Assembly (NCBI RefSeq): GCF_028641065.1
Contig: NC_073396.1
Span: 372,001 to 436,000, forward strand
Origin: Leucoraja erinacea
Lineage: Eukaryota
Direction: 5' to 3'
DNA length: 64,000 nucleotides
Shown here: positions 24,787 to 37,075 of the stretch, in pieces
Layout: each line of letters begins with the position of its first letter
How positions within the stretch are numbered: the stretch's first letter is position 1
Notes under the pieces: model-generated
The model's input: the letters and a program-made list of their open reading frames with translations, nothing else
The model's database searches: none
Told to the model about the DNA's origin: nothing
Made by a program: the position numbers and the translations under genes

Positions 24787-25035
24787 TACACAAAAAAGCT
24801 GGAGAAACTCAGCGGGTGCAGCAGCATCTATGGAGCGAAGGAAATGGGCAACGTTTCGGGCCGAAACCCTTCTTCGGACATGCAGGGTTGGTCGATGAGT
24901 AGAGAAGTTCCTGTAAAGATGATGGAGGTGCTGATCAGTCTGAAGAAGGGTCCTGACCCGAAACGTCACCCATTCCTTCTATCCAGAGATACTGCTTGTC
25001 CCGCTGAGTTACTCCAGCTTTTTGTCTCTATCTTC
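24787..25035. mobile_element. Inverted pair of Penelope-type 3' ends from two subfamilies; complete hammerhead-like core at 24940-24967
   Basis: CTGAAGA-A-GGGTC-CT-GACCC-GAAAC-GTC on +; variant core on - at about 24849-24878. Confidence 0.8.
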
Positions 25036-25062
25036 CTGTAAAGATGAAGCAGGTGCTAAGAC

Positions 25063-25280
25063 GTGTATATTTCCGAAGATCTCTCCTGGACCCAGCACAC
25101 TGATGCAATTATAAAGAAAGCACATCAACGCCTCTACTTCCTGAGAAGATTACGGAGATATGCTGTCCGAGAGGATTATCTTGAATTTCTACAGGTGCAC
25201 AGTAGAGAGCACACTGACTGGTTGCATCACCGCCTGGTTTGGCAACTTGAATGCCCAGGAGCCAAGAAGACTAACAAACA
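25063..25280 (+). mobile_element. Rex1/Babar-type LINE ORF2 fragment
   Basis: ISEDLSWTQHTDAIIKKAHQRLYFLRRLRR and NFYRCTVESTLTGCITAWFGN. Confidence 0.9.
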
Positions 25281-27029
25281 ATATAATTGCAACTGACAAA
25301 AAAACTACAATTGATGTTAAATTGTTTTCAACGTACATTCAAGCTGAATGTGAGCAACAATTTCATCAAACGTACTATATGTTCACATAAATAAAAAGAG
25401 AGTTTGAATTTATTAGATAATATTATATCATACTTATTTAAAAGTAATAATTATTATAAACTACCTGAAACAAACAAGCAGCTTTTCTCATCATACGTGA
25501 AGATAAATCAGGCTGCGGCCTTGCCGAGATGCATGGCGTATCTGAGTCGGGCACCGTGCATTTGATCGGCGACTCTGCACTTATTTCTGAAGTGTTGCCA
25601 AATTCCAACCTGATCTTTACAAGTTCCAGTAAGCAAATACCCAATTACCTAACCAGAACAAAAGCAAATCACATACCATCGAAGGGCCGAATGGCCTACT
25701 CCTGCACCTATTTTCTATGTTTCTATGTTTCCATTGTGTGGCTTGGACTCGCAAAATATTTAACATTGGCATTGCAATAAATTAGCTTTTCATTTTTCTT
25801 AACGATGAACTGAGATCTCAGACAAATATCCCATCCGTCTTCCAGCAAGATCGCCTTGCAACGTGCTTAACAGATTCAAATATCTAAGAAATGAACAAAT
25901 TGTTGTAAATCGTTTTTGATATTTTTCAAATGTAGACATGGCCAATAATTCACTAGATTTGTGGCTGAAATAAAACAAAACAAGGCACAGGATCACTGAC
26001 ACGGAAAGAGGAACCACATGGAAATGATCAAAGTGAAACTGCTTCAAAATGTGGACAGTGTCTCTGAAACCATGTAAAGTGGTTAAACTCCAGGCTCAAT
26101 TGAGAGCAAACTTCACTTCAAATGTCATACTGTATCTTAAAATAATTTGCAATGTGTATTAACAAGTTAGATATGTTGTTACATTTTTGCACCAAATTTG
26201 AGAAGATACATCCAGACATGAAGGATCCAACTGGTGAATCTACTCCCTCTCCTCACAAGGTTTTCCTCAGTCACTCCTTGAGGGAGGTCATGCAGACCAG
26301 AACACTGTTACAGGAACACTGACTCAACCCCGTGGAACACGGCACTTGGAGACACCTCTCTCAATGATATATTCAACCCTCTGGTTGCAAGCTGTCAGTC
26401 CGGGGTGGTTATCTGGTCAGTGGGGTTAAGTTGTTGGCCAATGGAGTATCACCACCAATGGACTACCACCTGGTTGAGTTTCTGAGCGGACACTCTTGAC
26501 GTGGGTTCAAACTGCATTCAGAGCTAAATAACGTTTGTTCAACATTGAGTTAGGGTTAGGTTTGGCTGAGATCTGAGCAATGTTTTATAAAGATGGTGCA
26601 CAACCTTGCACCCAATGACTACATCCATGTCCAACTCATCCACATACATTGCAAACAACAAGATCCCCTTAGTCCTTGATGTTAGCAAGGTACAAAATTC
26701 AATAACAAGTGCGAAGCATAGAATAAAACAAAAACTGCTCTCCAACAATTTATAGCAATAGCAGTCGTTGATTGTTAGAGTTGTCGTTGCAACAATGCAG
26801 TGATGCTAAGCTCGATGCGACAATGCAAGATGGCATTGCAATAAATGAATGTAGGCATCTGAACCTGAGCCCGACTCTTCCATTAAATTGTCTGTTGATT
26901 GTTGATTTTGAAGAAGGAATACAGCAGAGTAAAGTGTGTAGTCAAGGATTTTGTTAGTAGGAATAAAGGCAGAGATTATTTCTAAATGAGGAGAGAATTC
27001 AAAGGGACTTGAGAGTGCTGGTATCGGCA

Positions 27030-27612
27030 ATAAGGAAGGCAAACGCAATGCTAGCATTTATTTCAAGAGGACTAGAATGCAGAGATGTATTGTGAGGCTT
27101 TATAAGATGCTGGTCAGACCACATTTGAAGTATCGTGAGCAGTTTCGGGCTCCTTATCTGAGGAAAGATGTGCAGGCTTTGGAGAGAGTTGAGAGAAGGT
27201 TTACGAGAATGATCCCAGGAATGATTGGGTTAACATATGATGAGCGTTTGACAGCACTGGAGTCTATAAAGATGAGGGGACACTCATTGAAACTTACGGA
27301 ATAGTGAAAGACCTGGATAGAATGGATGTGGAGGATATTTCCACTAGTCGGAGTCTAGGAACAGAGGTCATAGCCTCAGAATAAAAGGATGTTCCTTTTA
27401 GAATGGAGATGAGGAGGAATTTCTTTAGTGGGAGGGTGGTGAATATGTCAAGTTCATTGCCACTGATGGCTGTGGTGGCCTAAATGGATATTTTCAAGGG
27501 AGAGATTGACCGATTCTTTATTGGTAAGTGTCATGGGTTATGGGAAGAAGGCAGGAGAATGGGGTTGAGAGGGAAAGATAGATCAGACATGATTAAATGG
27601 TGGAGTAGGCAT
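27030..27612 (+). mobile_element. Decayed CR1 LINE 3' fragment
   Basis: LYKMLVRPHLKY...ERVERRFTRMIPG, frameshifted. Confidence 0.9.
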
Positions 27613-27769
27613 GATCCTAACTTTAATCGCACAGATATATTTTAGGTATACCAGAAAAGATGTCTGAATCCAAAGTAGTTAATTGTTAAGGCATTAATTG
27701 CATTCTACAGTTCGACTATAGCTGAATCCCAGGGACAGTGTCAAAAAGACTTTAATGCTGATACCCGCG

Positions 27770-28082
27770 GTCCAGGTTCAAGCTCTGGGACGACCGCACT
27801 TTTGCGGTTGCAGCTCCTAGACTGTGGAACAGCATCCCTCTTCTCATCAGAACTGCCCCCTCCATCGACTTCGTTAAGTCTAGACTTAAAACCTATTTCT
27901 ACTCACAAGCGTTTCTTGAGGTCCTCTGAGGAAGCGCTGTATGTATGTATGTATTTATGTATGTATTGTTGATCTATGTACTATTGTATGTAACACGTTA
28001 GTACTTGCACTGATGTAAAGCACTTTGGTCAACAAGAGTTGTTTTTAAATGTGCTATAGAAATAAAATTGACTTGACTTGAC
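27770..28082 (+). mobile_element. L2-type LINE 3' end
   Basis: GDRTFAVAAPRLWNSIP-like remnant, tgtaaagcactttgg...aataaa and (ttgac)n tail. Confidence 0.75.
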
Positions 28083-28475
28083 ACTAAATCCCATAACTAA
28101 TTCTTTCTTTTTATAATAAAAAATATGTTAGTTATATACAAAGTGATGCCGTCGATGCTGATTTCATCTGAAGTTTTTCTATTCACTTTAACCATAGCTT
28201 TGGCAGAATGAATGATACATATTTAATAATGAAAACCATCATCTTCAAAGCTGTCAGGTTACAGATTAGTCCGTGTGCCTGGCTAGAGTGGATGTGTCTG
28301 TTTCATGTAGATTTGACTGCAAGGAAATTGTCGTTACTTTAATCTTATTGAAGACTTCACTCTTCATAAACTTTCTTTGAAAATGCTGACACAAATATTT
28401 AGATTTAATTTTGAGTTTTAGAGAGTCAAAGAATGATAGAGCAATCTCATGGAAACAGGCCCTTCGGCCCACCTT

Positions 28476-29575
28476 GTCAAGAGTCAAGTCAAGAGTGTTT
28501 TAGTGTCATATGTCCCGGACGGGACAATGAAATTCTTACTTGCTGCAGCACAACAGAATATGTGAATATGTAAACATTGTATATAACGGGGAAAAAAAGA
28601 AAAAGTTCAATAAATAACAAATATAGTGCAAATAACAAATAATAATAGTCTTTTGCAGTTCAGAGGTCAGAGCTTGTTCGATATCGTGTTTAATAGCCTG
28701 ATGGCTGTGGGGAAGAAGCTGTTCCTGAACCTGGACGTTACAATTTTCAGGCTCCTGTACCTTCTTCCTGATGGCAATGGTGAGATGAGTGTGTGGCCAG
28801 GATGGTGTGGGTCCTTGATGATTTTGGCTGCCTTTTTGAGGCAGCGACTACGATAGATCCCTTCGACGGTGGGGAGGTCAAAGCCGGTGATGGACTGGGC
28901 AGTGGTCACAACTTTTTGTAGTCTTTTTCACCAAACCAGGCCACGATGCAACCGGTCAGAATGCTCTCTACCGTGCACCTGTGGAAGTTCAGGAGAATCC
29001 TCTTCGACATTCCGAATCTCCGCAATCTTCTCAGGAAGTAGAATCGCTGATGTGCCTTCTTTACAATTGCATCGGTGTGCTGGGTCCAGGAAAGATCTTC
29101 TGATATATGCATGCCCATGAATTTGAAGTTACTGACCCTCTCCACCATCGTCCCATTGATATAAACAGGATTGTGGGTCCTCATCCTTCCCCTACTAAAG
29201 TCCACAATCAGTTCTTTGGTCTTACTGATGTTGAGAGCCAGGTTGATGTGCTGGCACCATTTGGTCAGTCAGTCGATCTCACTTCTATATGTTGTTTAAG
29301 AAGGAACTGCAGATGCTGGAGATCTCACTTCTATACTCTGACTCGTCCCCATCTGTGATTCGTCCAACCACTGTGGTGTCGTCAGCAAACTTGATGATGG
29401 AGTTCGCATTATGCCCGGCTACGCAGTCATAGGTATAGAGTGAGTACAGCAGGGGGCTGAGCACGCAGTCATGGGTATAGAGTGAGTACAGCAGGGGGCT
29501 GAGCACGCAGTCATGGGTATAGAGTGAGTACAGCAGGGGGCTGAGCATGCAGCCTTGAGGTGCTCCCGTACTAAT
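28476..29575 (-). mobile_element. Rex1/Babar-type LINE fragment (RT motifs through 3' tail)
   Basis: TGAPQGCMLSPLLYSLYT, KFADDTTVVG, KKAHQRFYFLRRL, LPSGRRYRS..RFRNSFFP; contains a 42-bp triplication at 29421-29546. Confidence 0.92.
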
Positions 29576-30359
29576 TGCAACTGTTGGTACACTGTGTCTT
29601 GTCAATTAGCTTTTTACAAAATCTATCGAATTTAATTAGGCCAATCAAGAAAAGGAATGTTCTTGTACCCAATGCATGGGGGCAACAAACGGATACTGTG
29701 ATAAAATTTCCCTTTACACATTCCTAATATGCTTTGCAATCTTACATGGTTCTTAAAACAGAACAGGCATTGTTATTCTCAGACATGCTGCATCATGGCA
29801 GCTTGCAGTAAGTGAAGGGAAAGCAGTATCTTTATGTCATGTCTATTTAAGTTGAGATATTTATTACTGTTAGTGTAAAGAATAGAATAAGTTGAACTGA
29901 GTGATGACAGTTTTATGACAATAACGACATTGAAGAGCAAACTTTGTCACTTGGTAAAAATAATAATATGACACACTTCCTGAAGTCTCTCCCATCTCTC
30001 CCACCGCAGGGAGCATTTTATGGGCCACGGGTTTGGGTATATTTCACGCCAAATAATACAATTGTCGTAGTTTAATAAAAATCTCAGATAACGACGACCA
30101 AGAGGTTCATGTCTCTGTGGATTCTTCCACCCGATTTCAGAAGAAAATAAAACATCAATAAGATTAGACAAAATATGGCAGGGATTAGTTTGCTGGAGCA
30201 GTTAACACCACTGGGACATTTCCTCCACAACAGTTAGTAATGTGGACAGACGGGATTGTTTAAGTCAATGTAATAATGAACGTGGCTACGTTAGATTCTT
30301 GTATTATCTCACCTCATAGCAGAACGAGAAGGAAAGAGCACACTTTGAACACAAAGTTG

Positions 30360-30735
30360 AAAAGACACAGAGTGCTGGAGTAACTCAGCGGGTCAGGCAG
30401 CATCTGTGGAGAACATGGATAGGTGACGTTTCACAGAGTGCTGGAGTAACTCAGCGGGTCAGGCAGCATCTGTGGAGAACATGGATAGGTGATGGTGCTG
30501 GTCGGGACTCCTCTTCAGACAGATTGTGGGGGGGGGGGGGGGGGGGGAAGAAAGCTGGAAGAGAGAAGGTGGGCAGGACAAAGTCTGGCAAGTGATAGGT
30601 GGAGAATGGCGAGTAGCATTATTGATAGGCAGATGGGCAGACAAAGAGCAGAGATGGAAAGGCAAAAGGTGTGAGGTGGAGATAGAAGATGTGTTCATTG
30701 TGAAGCCAGAGGAGTGAATATAGGAGAAGGGGAGG

Positions 30736-30778
<43 letters not shown>

Positions 30779-30882
30779 ATGGGTGCAAGTCCATGGGAAA
30801 AGATGGAGGAAAAAGGTGGGGAGAAGGAGAGTTTTTTTGTAGGTTAGTTAGTTACCTGAAACTGGAGAACACAATGTTGATC
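30360..30882 (-). mobile_element. Penelope-type 3' end with 2 x 66-bp units and long poly-G tracts
   Basis: Minus strand begins aacattgtgttctccagtttcaggtaa (NIDFSNFR*-like), then a pyrimidine-rich UTR and a degenerate CTGAAGAG core. Confidence 0.75.
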
Positions 30883-31425
30883 TACACATTTTGCTTGTTA
30901 CATTAATGTAGTGTGTTGAGGTTTATCCAAGGCCTGTTCAATATTAAGTTCATTCTAATTGTTACTGAGGAATTTTTATAAAACATTGTTTACCACTTGG
31001 ATAATTTGGCCAACTTTTCAACCTCTATTTCAGATAGATGGTTACACGGGAATCATTTAAAGTGCCTTATTATTGTGGTGAGTAATATCGCTGTCTCTCA
31101 TTTCAACAAATTAGCGTTGATGAGTTTCTAAATCATGCCACTGAAGCTTATTTATTAGTCATGAGGTTTGATTAGAAACTCATAATTACTTACCAGGCAG
31201 ATATGACTGTAGGTCGAGTCTAAATATCAATGCATCTTCTAAATTTATATTTTACAGTATAATTCACTTTACATTCTATACAGAAATTTCTCAACTTGAG
31301 ATTCAAAATTTGGAAACTTAGCAAGAAAAAAAGTCATGGCTGTAGTATTGCTGAGATCCCCAGGTTCAATCCTGACCTCGGGTGCTGTCTGTTTGGAGTC
31401 TGCATGTTCCCTCTGAGACTAAATA

Positions 31426-32339
31426 AGGGCCTGTCCCGCTTGGCAAATTAGCGCGTGATGCTGTGTGTCGCGGCGTGGTGATGTATGATGCGGCCGTGAT
31501 GCTGTGTTGGCGTGGTGATGTATGATGGCGGCGTGGTGATGTATGATGCGGCGTGGTGATGTATGATGCGGCGTGGTGATGTATGATGCGGCGTGATGCT
31601 GTGTGTCGCGGCGTGGTGAGTATGATGCGCGGCGTGGTGATGTTGATGCGGCGTGATGATGTGTGTCGCGGCGCTGTGATGTATGATGCGGCGTGATGTG
31701 TATGATGCGGCGTGATGCTGTGTGTCGCGGCGTGATGCTGTGTGTCGCGGCGTGATGCTGTGTGTGTCGCGGCGTGGTGATGTATGATGCGGCGTGGTGA
31801 TGTATGATGCGGCGTGATGATGTATGATGCGGCGTGATGCTGTGTGTCGCGGCGTGATGCTGTGTGTCGCGGCGTGATGCTGTGTGTCGCGGCGTGATGC
31901 TGTGTGTCACGGCGTGATGATGTATGATGCGGCGTGGTGATGTATGATGCGGCGTGGTGATGTATGATGCGGCGATGGTGATGTATGATGCGGCGTGGTG
32001 ATGTTTGATGCGGCGTGGTGATGTCTGATGCGGCGTGGTGATGTATGATGCGGCGTGGTGATGTATGATGCGGCGTGATGCTGTGTGTCGCGGCGTGGTG
32101 ATGTATGATGCGGCGTGGTGATGTATGATGCGGCGTGATGATGTGTGTCGCGGCGTGGTGATGTATGATGCGGCGTGGTGATGTATGATGCGGCGTGGTG
32201 ATGTATGATGCGGCGGTGTTTTTTCAAGTGTCGCAACATTTTCTTTGTTGCCGCTGGATTTTGAAATGGTCAAAATCTTTTGGCGACACTGAAATGACGC
32301 GGACAGTCGCCGAAGAAATTGCCAAGTGGGACAGGCCCT
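31426..32339. mobile_element. PIF/Harbinger-like non-autonomous DNA transposon filled with a 20-bp CpG-rich minisatellite
   Basis: TIRs AGGGCCTGTCCCGCTTGGCAAATT (31426) and AATTGCCAAGTGGGACAGGCCCT (to 32339); ata/tta flanks; internal array about 31455-32215. Confidence 0.8.
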
Positions 32340-32349
32340 TTACCTTTCA

Positions 32350-33010
32350 GTTGGAAAGAGTGTTAAGATTTAAGAGGATGTTGCCAGGACTGGAGGGCCT
32401 GAGCTACAGGGAGAGGTTGGGCAGGCTGGGACTTTATTTGTGGAGTGCAGGTGGCTGAGCGATGATCTTATCGAGGTATATAGATCATAAGGGGAATAGA
32501 TAGGAAGAGTTCACAGTGGGTATGTGGAACAAGCTGTGAACAAGAGTGGTGGGTATGTGGAACAAGCTGCCAGAAGAAATAGGTGAGGCAGGAACAATAA
32601 CAACATTTAAAAGACATTTGGGCAGATACATGGATAGGACAGGTTTGACAATAGACAATAGGTGCAGGAGTAGGCCATTCAGCCCTTCGAGCCAGCACCA
32701 CCATTCAATGTGATCATGGCTGATCATCCACAATCAGTGCCCCGTTCCTGCCTTCTCCCCATATCCCCTGACTCCGCTGTCTTTAAGAGCCCTATCCAAC
32801 TCTCTCTTGAATGTATCCAGAGAACCGGCTTCCTTCTGAGGCAGGGAATTCCACAGACTCACAACTCTTTGTGAGAAAAAGTGTTTCCTCATCTCCGTTC
32901 TAAATGGCTTATATGGATCAAATGTGGGCAGGTGGGGCGAGCATAGATGGGGCATCTTGGTTGGCATGGACATGTTGGACCAAAGGGCCTGTTTCAATGC
33001 TGTCACACTC
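32350..33010. mobile_element. CR1 fragment (+) interrupted by a second CR1 3' end (-, about 32647-32910)
   Basis: RFKRMLPGLEGLSYRERLGRLGL on +; FFSQRVVSLWNSLPQ plus (ctattgt)n tail on -; + strand 3'UTR resumes at about 32911. Confidence 0.85.
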
Positions 33011-34639
33011 TATTATTGTTTAGGTTTCTTCAGTTGCTCCCATTTGGACCTGTATCCCAAAGCTGGAGGATCAATTGGATGGTGTGAATTATGTGTGGTG
33101 TAAGTGGGTGACAATTGGTGGGCATGTGAGAGAGAATTGGTGGAATAGGACTGATGGGAATGTTTATTGCAGCCTCCATGGACTGAGCTGTTTCATTCTC
33201 TGCTGTAAGAAAAGATGAAAAATGGAGCAACTGAGCATGTGTTCACATTTGAGCTCTTGTGAGGATTTATGTACATATATTTCATTAAAAATTTCATAGA
33301 GTTTTAATAAGACACTGCATTACATTTTACTAACATTCCGCTTGTGGTTATATAAGTTATTAAAGAAACAGAGTGATAAGATGGTTATTAAGATTGTGTA
33401 GAAATATAAGAATTCTGGAAAAGCAGTGAAACGTGTAAAAGGATGAAGGTATCCTCTCCACAAGGAAGCTGGTGTGAATCATGCATTCTATATATACACA
33501 CACACACACACAGATCTGACCTTTACTGAGAGGTGAAGCTGGTCATACCACCAGATGACTTCATGCTGGAGCCAGCAATCAATTAGGAAAAGGAATCTGA
33601 CCAGAAGGATAGATATTAAATGAAGCCTTTACTTCATGAGTGTATTGCTGAAATGTGCTCTTTTCCTTTATTAATGCATACTCATAACTTTAATCATTTT
33701 AAATACAATGTTTTCAATTTAAGTTCAGCATTTTGGCTTTGTTGTTATACGTGCAATATAATGAATTTATTCTGTCCTAGTTCCTTTATTTTTCTTGCTT
33801 TTCATGTTAATGTGTGAGCAAAGCCTGGTCGTGTAACCTTACGTCCATTGAAGGTTGTTTCAAAGATCAGGGCTAGTTCTATTTATTTCGTAAAGGAGGT
33901 TGTTGGGGTGAAATGATTCACTGTGATAGATGAATCGCGAACCTTTACTAAAAGGATTTGGTAACACCAAAAGCAATTATACAGAGAATGTTTCATCATT
34001 ATTGTTTTCAAAAACTTGCATTGGGTTTATCCTTTAAAAAATAAATTCAAATGTTATAAATAAGTTGACTGGATATGTTTGCCTTCCAGTCCTTGCAGAT
34101 TGGTCACCTCCATTAAAGGGCCTGTTTTCAATTGGAGGAATGTTTAATGAAAAGTACTGCTTTGTGTTCTCATTTGTCCATCTGGCTCTTTTCAAACCAG
34201 AGGTCAACTCTGGGAATTATTTATTTGTGGTCTGTGATCTGTTTTATTTCTACCACCTGCAATCTATCACCTTGTCGTAAATTTGCTTGTAATTAATGGG
34301 ACTGCAAATGAAATATATCGTACATTAGAATAATCAGACAATTTTTGAGGAGAACTACAAACAATCTGACAGACTGAGCTGGCTCTGTTTAATATAAGAG
34401 GAATGTCTGAAGTGTGATCAAACAAGCATGCGTGGTCTCTGCCTTCTTCTGATGCACAGTTGTTGCATCAAGCGAAAAGCAGGTGGGCAGCCACTGATCT
34501 GGCCTCCAGCTCTCTCTCCAATATCAGGAAACATCAGTCAGGAGAAACTGGCCATTCTCCGTGCCGTCAAAAATCACACAACGTTAAATGACCACTCCAT
34601 GCATTTTAGATTTCTATTCTGTGCTTATTGAATCTGGTT

Positions 34640-35746
34640 AGACAATAGACAATAGGTGCAGGAGTAGGCCATTTGGCCCTTCGAGCCAGCATCACCATTC
34701 AATGTGATCATGGCTGATCATCCCCAATCAGTGCCCCGTTCCTGCCTTCTCCCCATATCCCCTGACTCCGCTATCTTTAAGAGCACTATCCAGCTCTCTC
34801 TTGAATGTATCCAGAGAACCGGCTTCCTTCTGAGGCAGGGAATTCCACAGACTCACAACTCTTTGTGAGAAAAAATGTTTCCTCATCTCCGTTCTAAATG
34901 GCTTACTCCTTATTCTTAAACTGTGGCCCCTGACTCCAAGAAGACCAAGGAGCTCATTGTAGACTTCAGGAAGTCCAGAGGCGGCACGCACACCCCCATC
35001 CACATTAACGGGACGGAGGTGGAACGTGTTTCTAGATTCAGGTTCCTGGGAGTCAACATCTCCGATGACCTCTCTTGGACCCACAATACCTCTACTCTGA
35101 TCAAGAAGGCTCATCAGCGTCTCTTGTTCCTGAGGAGACTGAAGAAGGTCCATCTGTCTCCTCAGATCCTGGTGAACTTCTACCACTGCACCATCGAGAG
35201 CATCCTTACCAACTGCATCACTGTATGGTATGGCAACTGCTCTGTCTCCGACCGGAAGGCATTGTAGAGGGTGGTGAAAATTGCCCAACGCATCACCGGT
35301 TCCTCGCTCCCCTCCATTGAGTCTGTCCAAAGCAAGCGCTGTCTGCGGAGGGCGCTCAGCATCGCCAAGGACTGCCCTCACCCCAATCATGGACTGTTTA
35401 CCCTCCTACCATCCGGGAGGCGCTACATGTCTCTCCGTTGCCGAACCAGCAGGTCGAGGAACAGCTTCTTTCCGGCGGCTGTCACTCTACTCAACAACGT
35501 ACCTCGGTGACTGCCAATCACCACCCCCCCCCCGGACACTTATTATTATTTATTCAAATCGTTTGCTATGTGGCTCTTCCAGGGAGATGCTAAATGCATT
35601 TTGTTGTCTCTGTACTGTACACTGACAATGACAATTAAAATTGAATCTGAATCTGAATCTGAATCTAGTTCTGGACTCCCCCAACATCGGGAACATGTTT
35701 TCTGCCTCTAGCGTGTCCAAGCCCTTAACAATCTTATATGTTTCAA
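34640..35746 (-). mobile_element. CR1 3' fragment split by a nested Rex/Babar insertion
   Basis: CR1 ...ctgtggcccct (34931) resumes as agttctggactccccc (35666). Confidence 0.88.
34932..35665 (+). mobile_element. 5'-truncated Rex1/Babar-type LINE with (TGAATC)n tail
   Basis: KKTKELIVDFRK...FLGVNISDDLSW...KKAHQRLLFLRRL...LPSGRRY..RSRNSFFP; one in-frame stop at 35265-35267. Confidence 0.93.
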
Positions 35747-36007
35747 CTGATCACATAAAACTGAGACCCTCAGTAGTCAGAAAGCACAGATATGAAGAGA
35801 TGAACACCAGAAACTGTCAAAGTGGCACAATATTCAACTGATGCTAAATTAAATAATTGGCATTGTCAGGTTGTTGAGGTGCTGCTGATGTGAAACATTA
35901 ATGCTAACTCTCAGTTATAGTTTGGAGATTGGTTTATCAGATTCACCATGCAACAAACTCAGATAAACTGGCGCTGATGCAGTCATCTACTAATGATTGT
36001 ACCTTCA

Positions 36008-36170
36008 TCAAGAAGGGCCTCGACCCCAAACGTCACCGAATCTGAAGAAGGGTCTCGACCCAAAACCTCGCCTATTCATTCTCTCCATAGATGCTGCCTC
36101 ACCCGCTGAGTTTCTTCTGCATTTTTGTCTACCTTCGAATTTTCCAGCATCTGTAGTTCTTTCTTAAACG
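36008..36170 (+). mobile_element. Penelope-type 3' end with a duplicated degenerate hammerhead-like core
   Basis: aagaagggcctcgaccccaaacgtcacc followed by ctgaagaagggtctcgacccaaaacc. Confidence 0.75.
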
Positions 36171-36554
36171 TACCATAGTACTTTGCACTTTGTCATAGCA
36201 CCACCAAGTGGCAAACAGACCACTAATCTTCAGTAGAACAGAATGTTATAAAATATATACACTTGCAGAGCTATATTAATTTCATATACTCAACTTTACT
36301 CATTAAAGATGTTTGAAGATTTTACTTGTTGTAATTTTCAGTGCACACCAAAAGCAGGACATCTGATGTAACTATGACTTTAACCTACAACCACAACTCA
36401 GCTTGTTGTTAAACTTAATATAAAAATGAATGGTCCTAAATGACTTGGACCATCGGTGGAAGGAAGTCTAATCAAAAGAGCATTGGGAGTTTAATGATGT
36501 TTGTATTCTGTTTAACATTTTAATACTTCTGGATAACTTTGTGATTGGGTGCTT

Positions 36555-36696
36555 GTGGCTAAGGGGATCAGGGGGTATGGAGAGAAGGCAGGTACGGGAT
36601 ACTGAGTTGGATGATCAGCCATGATCATATTGAATGGCGGTGCAGGCTGGAAGGGCCGAATGGCCTACTCCTGCACCTAATTTCTATGTTTCTATG
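36555..36696 (+). mobile_element. Short CR1 3' end with a target-site duplication
   Basis: Flanked by tgtgattgggtgcttgtgg at about 36540-36558 and 36695-36713. Confidence 0.9.
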
Positions 36697-36794
36697 TGAT
36701 TGGGTGCTTGTGGGAAAGAGACATCATAGACAAAATGGACTCAGTGTTGTTTTTCCTATACTAACATCCGTTTAACTTTAATCCAATTGACATA

Positions 36795-37075
36795 GCTGGT
36801 AGAGTCACTGCCTCACAGTACCAAAGATTCGGGTTCCATCCTGACCTTGGATGCTTTCTGTGTGGAGTTTGCACATTTTCCCTGTGACCGGCATGGCTCC
36901 GGTTTCCTCCCACACCCCAAAGACGTGTGGCTTTATGGATTAATTGGCCTCTGTAACGTGTAGGGAGTGAATGAGAAAGTGTAGAACAAGTATGAACGGG
37001 TGATCGATGGTCAGCATGTACTCGGTGGGCCGAAGGGCCTGTTTCCATAGTATAATCTAAACTAAACTAAACTAG
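36795..37075 (+). mobile_element. tRNA-derived SINE (HE1/V-SINE-like) with (CTAAA)n tail
   Basis: A/B-box-like ggtagag...gggttccatcc, core tgtgtggagtttgcac, CR1-like 3' end gggccgaagggcctgtttcc. Confidence 0.85.

Noticed and set aside
31419-32273. 284-aa His-rich ORF
   Set aside because: Translation of the 20-bp minisatellite inside the MITE.
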